Below are positions 54,568 through 64,000 of a DNA stretch of 64,000 nt, in pieces. Every line of letters begins with the position of its first letter. Within the stretch, counting starts at the first letter, position 1. A program made the position numbers and the translations under genes. The notes below the pieces were generated by a model. The model was not told where the DNA came from and searched no databases. It worked only from the letters and a program-made list of their open reading frames with translations. The stretch is from Bacteroidota bacterium (lineage in GTDB: Bacteria; Bacteroidota; Bacteroidia; Bacteroidales; UBA12077), in assembly GCA_020444275.1 (NCBI GenBank), contig JAHLLG010000005.1:88004-152003 (forward strand), given 5' to 3'.

Positions 54568-56343
54568 ATGAAAAAGATGAAACAATATTCAAAAATAATG
54601 ACAGTAATAATTGCTTTGGCAATTGTTCTGTTTGCATGTGTTGACGACGATTTCGATACACCTCCCATTCGACAAATACCAACAGGTGATGTTATAACTA
54701 TTGAAAATATAAAGACCTTGTTTAATGAAGAGGCAGAATTTTTAAATACAGGTACTGAAGATGCATATTTATTCGATTACGATGCATCCATTTATGGAAC
54801 GGTAACCATGGATAACGAAACCGATAACAGTTATCGTACGTTTTACATCCAGGATAATACAGGTGCTATAGCAGTGTATCAGGATGTTTCTGGTGGCATT
54901 TATATTGGTGATTCAGTACGAATATATTTGAGAGATCTTGTTGTTATGCAATATTCAGGTTTATTTCAGTTAAATTCTAAAATAGGCGATGGGGTAAATG
55001 TGGATTCAAATATTGTTAAAATGGGATTTAATGTTGAAAGAAATCCTGAAGCTGCAACTATCGATCAAATTTTAAGTAATAAGGAATATTACCAGGGCAG
55101 ATTGGTTAAAATTTCTGATGTTCAATTTGTTGATACAGATACATCCAAAACTTTTGCAAATCCAGACGATCTGGAAACTGAAAATAGATTATTACAAGAT
55201 AATTTAGATAATCAAATTTTTGTAAGAACCAGCGGATACGCAAATTTTGCAGGTGCAAATGTCCCAGACGGAAGTGGTTCTATAATTGCTATTGTTGGTC
55301 AGTATAACAGCGATATGCAGTTATATATCCGAAAACTTGGCGAAGTTGAAATGGATAATGCAAGATTCGATGTTGGAGGCGGAGGAGGAACCGGCGAGGG
55401 CACAGGTACGTTCGACGATCCGTATAATGTTGCCAATGCAATTAGTAATTCTACTGATACCGAGGTTTGGGTTGAAGGTTATTTGGTTGGTGTATACGAA
55501 ACGGTTGATGCATCAGGCAATACATTGTCAGATTTTACACCTTCGTTCACCTCTCCTTTCTATACAAGTTCTAATGTGATTATTGCAGATTCAGACTCTG
55601 AAACAGATATCTCAAATTGCATAGTAATTCAAGTCCCTTCCGGAGATATTAGAACAGCTGTTAATATGGTTGATAATCCTGGTAACTTAGGTAAGATAAT
55701 AAAATTCAAAGGAGATAGATTAACATATTTCGGTGAAGACGGATTAAAAAATGTGAATGGTTATTGGTTAGATGGAGATGGTATAAATCCTGAAGATCCT
55801 GTAGATGTTGTTGTAATTGGAACCTCAACAGTGGTAAGTTCTCTTAATGAGGATTTCTCCGGAGTAACAGCAGATCAGGATTTTGAAGGTACAGGTTGGT
55901 TAAATGCTAACGTTCAGGGAGAAAGATACTGGCAAGGTAAGGAATTCGACTCTAATAAATATATACAGGCAACTGCTTATAATGCTACTGCCGATAATAT
56001 CGAATCATGGGTAGTAACTCCGGGTGTTGATTTAAGTACACCTAAAAAACTTTCATTTGATACAAATACCGGATATTATAAGCATGCTGGTTTAACTGTT
56101 TATGTTTCTACAGACTTTGATGGTAACAACAGTAATTTGTTTTCTGCAACCTGGACCGATATTACATCATCGGCAACAATCGCAGAAGGGCCAAGCGATA
56201 GTTATGGTACATGGGTTAATTCCGGAGATATTGATTTATCAGCATATTCCGGAACAATCTACGTTATGTTCAAATATACTGGTGACAATTCATCAAATAC
56301 AACAACATTCCAATTAGATAATGTTAAAGTAATAGATTTGTAA
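54568..56343 (+). CDS. surface lipoprotein with OB-fold-like modules and a C-terminal beta-sandwich (DUF5689 / DUF6359 / choice-of-anchor-J-like, from memory)
   Basis: Lipobox AIVLFACVDDD. Motifs FYIQDNTGAIAVY..GDSVRIYLRDLVVMQYSGLFQL, then DPYNVANAI...VWVEGYLVGV after a GGGGGTGEGTG linker, and a C-terminal domain ending FQLDNVKVIDL. Confidence 0.7.
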   Translation: MKKMKQYSKIMTVIIALAIVLFACVDDDFDTPPIRQIPTGDVITIENIKTLFNEEAEFLNTGTEDAYLFDYDASIYGTVTMDNETDNSYRTFYIQDNTGAIAVYQDVSGGIYIGDSVRIYLRDLVVMQYSGLFQLNSKIGDGVNVDSNIVKMGFNVERNPEAATIDQILSNKEYYQGRLVKISDVQFVDTDTSKTFANPDDLETENRLLQDNLDNQIFVRTSGYANFAGANVPDGSGSIIAIVGQYNSDMQLYIRKLGEVEMDNARFDVGGGGGTGEGTGTFDDPYNVANAISNSTDTEVWVEGYLVGVYETVDASGNTLSDFTPSFTSPFYTSSNVIIADSDSETDISNCIVIQVPSGDIRTAVNMVDNPGNLGKIIKFKGDRLTYFGEDGLKNVNGYWLDGDGINPEDPVDVVVIGTSTVVSSLNEDFSGVTADQDFEGTGWLNANVQGERYWQGKEFDSNKYIQATAYNATADNIESWVVTPGVDLSTPKKLSFDTNTGYYKHAGLTVYVSTDFDGNNSNLFSATWTDITSSATIAEGPSDSYGTWVNSGDIDLSAYSGTIYVMFKYTGDNSSNTTTFQLDNVKVIDL

Positions 56344-56368
56344 GAAAGTAAAGCTTATATATTTTATT

Positions 56369-56406
56369 AGACCTGTCAGATTTCTATAATCTGACAGGTC
56401 TTTTTA
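56369..56406 (+). terminator. terminator 1 after the lipoprotein gene
   Basis: 12-bp stem agacctgtcaga / tctgacaggtct followed by TTTT. Confidence 0.75.
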
Positions 56407-56429
56407 CTTAAAAAAGTAAGATCAAAATT

Positions 56430-56466
56430 AGACCTCCGATGTTTTTAAAACGTCGGAGGTTTTTTA
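56430..56466 (+). terminator. second terminator-like hairpin
   Basis: Stem acctccgatg / cgtcggaggt (one mismatch) followed by TTTTT. It shares the ATTAGACCT lead-in with terminator 1. Confidence 0.65.
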
Positions 56467-56587
56467 GTAAACGGACATTCTTGTCTGTTATCGTAATAAC
56501 CAATATGATTTTTTAAAATCCTGTTTAAAATTTTTCACAAGTCTTTTCCTTTCAAATAATTGAAAGTCAACATAAGATGTCCAAAAA

Positions 56588-56628
56588 CCTTTGTGGAACT
56601 TTGTGCTTCCTTAGGGTAACTTTGTGGT
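56588..56628 (+). repeat. dispersed intergenic repeat, copy 2
   Basis: cctttgtggaactttgtgcttccttagggtaactttgtggt. See copy 1 at 40728-40768. Confidence 0.7.
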
Positions 56629-56761
56629 ATAATTTTGACATATTGTTACACGAAGATGACTCAAATTTCACTAAGTAAAAAGTAAGTAATTTCATCTCTT
56701 TTTAATGCTTCTTGAACACACTCTTTTTAATTCAGCGGATATAACTACTTACTGTAATCGT

Positions 56762-57859
56762 TCATTCAATTTTTTTATTAAAATCTATTTTTAACTGAAC
56801 GGCAATGTCAGGAAATTTTTCTTCGGTGTAAAGGCTGCTTAATGAAATTCCAAGCAAACGAACAGGTCTGTTAATTTCTTTCTGAGTTAATAATTCATCA
56901 ATAATTTTATCAATTTCTGTTTTTTTTGCTAACCAATCGAAAACTGTTTTAGATCGAGTTTGGATAGAAAAATCGTCATATTTTATTTTAAGTGTAATGG
57001 TTTTTCCTTTTACATTGTTTCGTTCTATTCTTCGCTCTAATTCTTCAGATATCGAATTTAGTTTCACTTTTATCTCTTTCAAATTACGCAAATTGTTGGA
57101 AAAAGTGCGTTCTGCCGCAATCGATTTTCTTATTCTATTGGGTTTTACTTCGCTATATTGTATTCCGCGTACAATTTCGTAAAAATGACTTCCTGCTTTC
57201 CCAAAATTCCGGGTTAAAAAATCAAGAGTTTGGTTTTTTAAATCTTTACCATTATATATTCCTAAACCAATCATTTTTTTGGCTGTTACTTTTCCAATAC
57301 CAAAAAACTTTTCGATAGGTAATTCCTCCAGAAAAGGAATTACATCTTCAGGCAAAATCGTTTTTTGTCCGTTTGGCTTGTTAATGTCCGAGGCAATTTT
57401 AGCGGTAAACTTATTTATTGATATTCCTGCTGAAGCTTTTAAGCCAACTTCATTTAAAATTCGGATTCTAATTTCTTTAGCTAATCGAGTAGCTGAACTG
57501 ATATTCTTTTTGTTTTCAGTTACATCTAAATACGCTTCATCAAGCGATAACGGTTCAACTAAATCGGTATATTCAAAAAATATCTCACGAATCCGATAAG
57601 ATAACTCTTTATATCTTTCGAATCGGGGTTTAACGAAAATTAAATCAGGACATAGTCGTTTTGCAATAATTCCGGACATGGCAGATTTCACCCCGAATTT
57701 GCGAGCTTCGTAACTGGCTGCAGCAACAACCCCGCGCTCTGATCCTCCGCCAACTGCAACTGGTTTATTTCTTAATTCGGGATTATCCATCTGTTCAACC
57801 GACGCATAAAAAGCATCCATGTCAATATGAATAATCTTTTTTATGGGAAGGTCGGTCAT
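56762..57859 (-). CDS. dinB: DNA polymerase IV (Y-family)
   Basis: Motifs HIDMDAFYASVE and SLDEAYLDV, with a little-finger domain. Confidence 0.95.
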   Translation of the reverse strand: MTDLPIKKIIHIDMDAFYASVEQMDNPELRNKPVAVGGGSERGVVAAASYEARKFGVKSAMSGIIAKRLCPDLIFVKPRFERYKELSYRIREIFFEYTDLVEPLSLDEAYLDVTENKKNISSATRLAKEIRIRILNEVGLKASAGISINKFTAKIASDINKPNGQKTILPEDVIPFLEELPIEKFFGIGKVTAKKMIGLGIYNGKDLKNQTLDFLTRNFGKAGSHFYEIVRGIQYSEVKPNRIRKSIAAERTFSNNLRNLKEIKVKLNSISEELERRIERNNVKGKTITLKIKYDDFSIQTRSKTVFDWLAKKTEIDKIIDELLTQKEINRPVRLLGISLSSLYTEEKFPDIAVQLKIDFNKKIE

Positions 57860-57865
57860 AGATTA

Positions 57866-58609
57866 TTATTTGCTCCTTAGAATGTTAGTTAAATCCTCAG
57901 GAGTATCTATTCCAACAGAATCAAAATTAGTTTTGGCAACTTTAATTTGATAACCATTTTCTATCCACCGCATTTGCTCAAGCGATTCGGCCAATTCCAG
58001 GGGAGTTTGTTCTAATAGTGTAAGTCTAAGCAAAGTTTCTGTTTTGTAGGCATACATTCCAATGTGCCTGTAAAACGTGTGTTTTAAATGCCATTGTTTT
58101 TTTTCAATGTTTCTTAAGTAAGGTATGGCCGACCGGCTAAAACAAATCGCGTTCATATCTTTATCCAACATTACTTTAGGTTTGTTGGGATCAAAAATAT
58201 CCTCATTCTTGTCAATTGCTTTAACCAAAGTTCCTATTTCGGTACCCTGTTCATTAAAACACGATTTGATCTCCTCAATTTGTTCAGGCTGAATAAAAGG
58301 TTCATCACCTTGTATATTAATAACAATATCAAATTGTTGGTTTGTATCTTTTTGAATTATTTGCACTGCTTCAGCAAGCCGGTCCGTTCCGCTTTTATGG
58401 CTTTCTGATGTAATCACAACATCACCTCCAAAACGTTTTACTTCATTGACAATTCGATCATCGTCGGTAGCTACATAAACTGTTTTCAATGATTTTTTTG
58501 CCTGTTCATAAACACGTTCAATCATCGATTTACCATTAATATCAACCAACGGTTTACCGGGAAAACGAGTCGAAGCATATCGTGCAGGAATAATCCCTAT
58601 AAGTTTCAT
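57866..58609 (-). CDS. kdsB: 3-deoxy-manno-octulosonate cytidylyltransferase
   Basis: Motifs IIPARYASTRFPGKPL, SGTDR and NIQGDEP. I set the start at MKLIGII. Confidence 0.9.
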   Translation of the reverse strand: MKLIGIIPARYASTRFPGKPLVDINGKSMIERVYEQAKKSLKTVYVATDDDRIVNEVKRFGGDVVITSESHKSGTDRLAEAVQIIQKDTNQQFDIVINIQGDEPFIQPEQIEEIKSCFNEQGTEIGTLVKAIDKNEDIFDPNKPKVMLDKDMNAICFSRSAIPYLRNIEKKQWHLKHTFYRHIGMYAYKTETLLRLTLLEQTPLELAESLEQMRWIENGYQIKVAKTNFDSVGIDTPEDLTNILRSK

Positions 58610-58655
58610 AGTAGTAAATTTAGTCATATGCAAAAATACAATTAATCAGTACAAT

Positions 58656-58690
58656 TTGAAACTTGAAATCTGAAACCTGGAATCTGAAAT
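58656..58690 (+). repeat. degenerate heptamer tandem array (YTGRAAY x5)
   Basis: ttgaaac-ttgaaat-ctgaaac-ctggaat-ctgaaat, in the kdsB / sigma-54 activator divergent spacer. Confidence 0.8.
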
Positions 58691-58764
58691 ATTACTTCTG
58701 CCTTAATGACAGTAAAATTTTCTTAAATCTTGTTAAAAACAACGAGATAACCAATATAAAATTG

Positions 58765-58772
58765 TAATTTTG
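58765..58772 (+). promoter_or_regulatory. -7 box TAatTTTG
   Basis: Exact TAnnTTTG, 28 nt upstream of the 58800 ATG. Confidence 0.45.
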
Positions 58773-58799
58773 TCATGGCAACAAAATAAACTGAATTAA

Positions 58800-60041
58800 A
58801 TGGATATTCAGAAAATAAAACAACGATTTGGAATAATTGGAAATTCACACGGATTAAACCGTGCCATTGATGTGGCAGCGCAGGTTGCACCAACTGATCT
58901 TTCGGTTTTAATAACAGGTGAAAGTGGTACAGGAAAAGAAGCTTTTCCTCAAATAATTCATCATTTCAGTGCACGCAAACATGGTAAATATATTCCGGTA
59001 AACTGCGGGGCTATTCCTGATGGAACAATAGATTCAGAATTATTCGGACACGAAAAGGGATCATTTACCGGAGCCCACGATAGTCGTCAGGGATATTTTG
59101 AGGTAGCCAATGAAGGAACCATTTTTCTGGATGAAGTAGCCGAATTACCATTGGCAACTCAGGTTCGCTTGTTAAGAGTTCTTGAATCTGGAGAGTTTTT
59201 AAGGGTAGGTTCTTCCAAGGTTCAGAAAACAGATGTGCGGTTAATAGCTGCAACAAATGTTGATTTGGTAAAAGCAATAGAAGAAGGTAAATTCAGAGAA
59301 GATCTTTACTATAGATTAAATACGGTACCTATTATCATTCCACCTTTAAAGGAGCGAGGTAGCGACATTTATTTACTATTTAGAAAGTTTGCTACCGATT
59401 TTGCTGAACGGTATCGTATGCCACCAATAAGTTTAGACGAGGAAGCGCGTAGAATACTCGATAATTATGAGTGGCCGGGTAACGTACGTCAGCTAAAAAA
59501 TATAACAGAGCAGCTATCGGTTATTGAAGAGCAAAGGATAGTAACAGCTGAGGTGTTACAAAAATATTTACCCGATTATTATCCAAATAAATTACCGGCG
59601 CTTTACAGGAACGATATGGTAGATGAGAAAACATTTGCCTCTGAGCGGGAAATCTTGTATAAAATATTATTTGATATGAAATCAGATTTAAACAATCTGA
59701 AAAAACTGGTGCATGGAATCATAGATAGTGGAGAACATGTGGGTGACTTGAAAAATGCCGAACAATTAATTAGAAATATAAATCAATCATCCTCATCTAT
59801 TTTAAATACTCCAACTTCGGAGTCCAGGCCATCTGCTCAAATTAACCATCCGGTAGATGATTCTGATATAGAGGATACGGAAGAATTTGTTGAAGAATCA
59901 TTATCATTGGAAGAAAAGGAGATTGAACTTATAAAAAAAGCATTAGATAAGCACAACGGTAAACGTAAGTATGCAGCACAAGATCTGGGTATTTCAGAAC
60001 GAACATTATACCGTAAAATTAAAGAATACGATATTGATTAA
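58800..60041 (+). CDS. sigma-54-dependent transcriptional activator (AAA+ plus Fis-type HTH, no N-terminal sensory domain)
   Basis: Walker A GESGTGKE at residue ~40, a GSFTGA variant of the GAFTGA loop, and C-terminal QDLGISERTLYRKIKEY. Confidence 0.9.
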   Translation: MDIQKIKQRFGIIGNSHGLNRAIDVAAQVAPTDLSVLITGESGTGKEAFPQIIHHFSARKHGKYIPVNCGAIPDGTIDSELFGHEKGSFTGAHDSRQGYFEVANEGTIFLDEVAELPLATQVRLLRVLESGEFLRVGSSKVQKTDVRLIAATNVDLVKAIEEGKFREDLYYRLNTVPIIIPPLKERGSDIYLLFRKFATDFAERYRMPPISLDEEARRILDNYEWPGNVRQLKNITEQLSVIEEQRIVTAEVLQKYLPDYYPNKLPALYRNDMVDEKTFASEREILYKILFDMKSDLNNLKKLVHGIIDSGEHVGDLKNAEQLIRNINQSSSSILNTPTSESRPSAQINHPVDDSDIEDTEEFVEESLSLEEKEIELIKKALDKHNGKRKYAAQDLGISERTLYRKIKEYDID

Positions 60042-60044
60042 CAG

Positions 60045-60548
60045 ATGAGAAGATTATTATTTATACTAGCGATATTTTTATTTGCAAGTCAGGCCTGCAC
60101 AGTGAGTTATACACTGTCTGGAGCTTCTATAGCGCCTGAGGTAAAAACAGTCTCGGTTCAGCACTTTGTAAACAGGGCACCTTTAGGATTAGCTAATTTG
60201 GAACAGTACTTTACGGATGAGTTAAAAGATAAATTTAAGTCACAAACAAGCTTAACTGTAGTTAACGATGTAGGAGATCTGGACTTTGAGGGAGAAATCA
60301 CCAGGTATTTTACTAAGCCAATGGCTATTACCGGCGATGAAACGGCAGCACAAAACCGTTTAACTATTGAAGTACGCGTTAAGTTCACAAACGAAGTGGA
60401 ACCGGAATATAACTTTGATACAAAGTTTTCTCAATATGCCGATTATAGTAGCGATTTTGATTTATCGGCTGTTGAACAGGAGTTGGTTGAAGAAATTGTA
60501 GAAAAACTAATCGAAGATATTTTTAATAAGTCAGTGGTAAACTGGTAG
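60045..60548 (+). CDS. lptE: LptE-like lipoprotein
   Basis: Lipobox LFASQACT. The size and the position downstream of the sigma-54 activator are typical of Bacteroidota. Family assignment is from memory. Confidence 0.55.
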   Translation: MRRLLFILAIFLFASQACTVSYTLSGASIAPEVKTVSVQHFVNRAPLGLANLEQYFTDELKDKFKSQTSLTVVNDVGDLDFEGEITRYFTKPMAITGDETAAQNRLTIEVRVKFTNEVEPEYNFDTKFSQYADYSSDFDLSAVEQELVEEIVEKLIEDIFNKSVVNW

Positions 60549-60550
60549 GT

Positions 60551-61555
60551 ATGATAAATAACGCAGATATATCAGTTTTGATTGAAAACCCGGGTATGTT
60601 AAAAAATGCTAACATTGAACAACTTTCGGAGTTAGTGGAATTCTATCCGTATTTTCAGACAGCTCACATTTTACTGTTAAAGGCTTTAAAAGATAATGGA
60701 TCCGACGATTTTCAGCCTCAATTAGGGAAATCGTCAATATATATTTCTGATCGAGATTTATTGTTTAAATTTTTAAACCAGGAGTTTAAAATTGAAAATA
60801 AACAAGTCGAAGAAGTTACTGAAGTAGTAAACAAGGAAGATCAGAAAGAAGAAAAGAAGGATACAAATCAACTAAAAAATAAAAAAGTAAGACGAAAGAT
60901 AGTTGATAGTGCTGAGGGAATGGGAGCAAATATATCTGAAACTATTTCCAGTCAAATCGTATTCTCTACCTTAAAGGATAAAGATAAACTGGAATATTCA
61001 TCTGAAATTTATTTTATCGAAGAAGAAAGAGATGGTAAAAATCAAGTTGTAACTATTGATGCCAAACCAGATCATCTTAAAAAGTTGAAAAAAGACAAAG
61101 ATATTTTGGATTTAGATGAGAATCAATCTGACACGGAACAATCAGTTGTTGATAATGAATCTGAAACGCAGGAGGCATTTGAATTAATAGACTCTGAGGA
61201 AGTTGAAAAAGATAGCATCGAAAAGAATAAACAGAGAAAGAGTGAGTATTTTAATATTAATAACTATGCTGATGAAGATGAATTAGAACTACAAGATGAT
61301 CTTATAACCCGCTTTATCGAAAAAAACCCACGTATCGAAACAAAAGAAATCAAAGAGGAAGAAGCCATCGATATTTCCGAAGATAGTGTTAAAGAAGATT
61401 CAAATCTTTTATCCGAAACATTAATTAAAGTATATATTGAACAAGGCTTATTTGAAAAGGCGATAGAATCTTATAAGAAATTAAGTTTGAAATATCCAGA
61501 AAAAAGTGCTTACTTTGCGAGTCAAATTAAAATTTTAGAAGACAAATTAAATTAA
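60551..61555 (+). CDS. acidic low-complexity protein with a TPR-like C-terminus
   Basis: E/D/K-rich central region and a C-terminal helical repeat (YIEQGLFEKAIESYKKLSLKYPEKSAYF). Confidence 0.55.
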   Translation: MINNADISVLIENPGMLKNANIEQLSELVEFYPYFQTAHILLLKALKDNGSDDFQPQLGKSSIYISDRDLLFKFLNQEFKIENKQVEEVTEVVNKEDQKEEKKDTNQLKNKKVRRKIVDSAEGMGANISETISSQIVFSTLKDKDKLEYSSEIYFIEEERDGKNQVVTIDAKPDHLKKLKKDKDILDLDENQSDTEQSVVDNESETQEAFELIDSEEVEKDSIEKNKQRKSEYFNINNYADEDELELQDDLITRFIEKNPRIETKEIKEEEAIDISEDSVKEDSNLLSETLIKVYIEQGLFEKAIESYKKLSLKYPEKSAYFASQIKILEDKLN

Positions 61556-61568
61556 TAATAAATAAGAT

Positions 61569-61919
61569 ATGTATACATTAGTTTCTGTATTAATCATTAT
61601 TGCGAGTATATTACTAATCTTAATCGTATTAGTTCAGAACTCGAAGGGAGGAGGATTAGCATCAAACTTTTCTTCATCAAACCAGGTTATGGGTGTAAGA
61701 AAAACAGCTGATTTTTTAGAAAAGGCAACATGGACATTAGCTATTAGCTTAGTAGTTTTAAGCATTGCGGCATCTATGACAATACCAAGAGGTACGATTG
61801 AAGAAAAATCAAAAATCGAACAGCAGGTAAATAATGCAGTTGATCCAACACAAATGCCTCAATTCCCAACTTCTGTTCCGGAAACAGAACAACCAGCCGA
61901 GGGTGGTGAAGAAAACTAA
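61569..61919 (+). CDS. secG: preprotein translocase subunit SecG
   Basis: Two TM segments and the VLVQNSKGGGL motif. Confidence 0.85.
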   Translation: MYTLVSVLIIIASILLILIVLVQNSKGGGLASNFSSSNQVMGVRKTADFLEKATWTLAISLVVLSIAASMTIPRGTIEEKSKIEQQVNNAVDPTQMPQFPTSVPETEQPAEGGEEN

Positions 61920-61942
61920 GAAATAAGGTTATACAAGATATA

Positions 61943-61980
61943 AAAGTGTCAGTCTGTCATAAAGGCTGACACTTTTTTTA
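61943..61980 (+). terminator. terminator after secG
   Basis: 10-bp stem aaagtgtcag / ctgacacttt followed by a T-run. Confidence 0.75.
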
Positions 61981-62060
61981 TACATTACCATTTGGCATAA
62001 ATTATGTAAAAACCGTAAGCGTGCAATAAAAATAAGTTTAACAGTTAAATATTAGAAACA

Positions 62061-62339
62061 ATGTCAGAATTTAAGTACAGACCTTTAAAAGATAGAGTTT
62101 TAGTTGAGCCGCATAAGGCTGAAGAGAAAACTGCTAGTGGAATTATCATTCCTGATTCAGCTCAGGAAAAACCTCAAAAAGGTACAGTTGTAGCCGTAGG
62201 CGAAGGAAAAAAAGATGAGCCTATGTCTTTGAAAGCGGGTGATGTAGTAATCTACGGAAAATATGGTGGAACTGAAATCCATATCGATGGAAAAGATTAT
62301 TTAATCATGCGCGAAGATGACATTTTATTAGTTGAGTAA
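62061..62339 (+). CDS. groES: co-chaperonin GroES
   Basis: 92 aa. Motifs [18 protein letters not shown] and GKYGGTEI. Confidence 0.95.
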   Translation: MSEFKYRPLKDRVLVEPHKAEEKTASGIIIPDSAQEKPQKGTVVAVGEGKKDEPMSLKAGDVVIYGKYGGTEIHIDGKDYLIMREDDILLVE

Positions 62340-62364
62340 TAGTAATTAAAAATTTAAAAAATAG

Positions 62365-64000
<1,636 letters not shown>

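Noticed and set aside
56577-56678. 33-codon ORF (MSKNLCGTLCFLRVTLWYNFDILLHEDDSNFTK) in the long spacer before dinB
   Set aside because: It is read straight through dispersed repeat copy 2. The Cys/Leu-rich peptide is the translation artefact of the TGTG-periodic repeat, and there is no promoter or ribosome-site evidence.
58656-58690. Heptamer array as a CRISPR or minisatellite locus
   Set aside because: The units are 7 nt with no spacers, only five copies and no cas genes. It is recorded as a short tandem array instead.
61990-62010. Sigma-54-like -24/-12 element TGGCATaaattATGTA upstream of groES
   Set aside because: The -12 element lacks the conserved GC (TGT instead of TGC). Without that core it is not credible as a sigma-54 promoter.
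61920-62060. CIRCE (TTAGCACTC-N9-GAGTGCTAA) heat-shock operator upstream of groES
   Set aside because: I read the spacer on both strands and found no match. Only the secG terminator hairpin is present.

Overview
This is a low-GC chromosomal segment from a Bacteroidota (Bacteroidia-like) genome. Supporting signs are TAnnTTTG -7 promoter boxes, many SpII-type lipoproteins, TonB-dependent receptors with carboxypeptidase-regulatory N-domains, and a TPR sensor kinase paired with a LytTR regulator. I count about 64 protein genes and one tRNA. Most are housekeeping: glsA, gdhA, an initiator-type tRNA-Met, dxr-rseP, tatA, thiL, a complete sufBCDSE plus DUF59 operon, queG, yjbQ, dinB, kdsB, an lptE-like gene, secG and groES-groEL (groEL is cut at the window end). 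The candidates most worth follow-up are: (1) a sensor-domain nucleotidyltransferase translationally coupled to a metallophosphoesterase; (2) a 1612-aa, four-ATPase tandem UvrA paralogue without UvrB-binding domains, abutted by a HEPN-MNT cassette; (3) a LytTR two-component pair upstream of a barrel/lipoprotein/TM1410-GH114-like hydrolase operon that carries a consensus LytTR repeat; (4) a divergent secreted EEP nuclease / TonB-dependent receptor / OB-fold surface lipoprotein locus, possibly for nucleic-acid capture; (5) a four-helix-bundle (IVS/Avd-like) gene cassette bracketed by inverted heptamer arrays and a 9-bp direct repeat, together with related short repeat elements elsewhere. I saw no CRISPR array, rRNA, transposase, integrase or phage genes. 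All family assignments come from motif recognition in the supplied translations and my own reading of the DNA. No searches or computations beyond hand counting were run.
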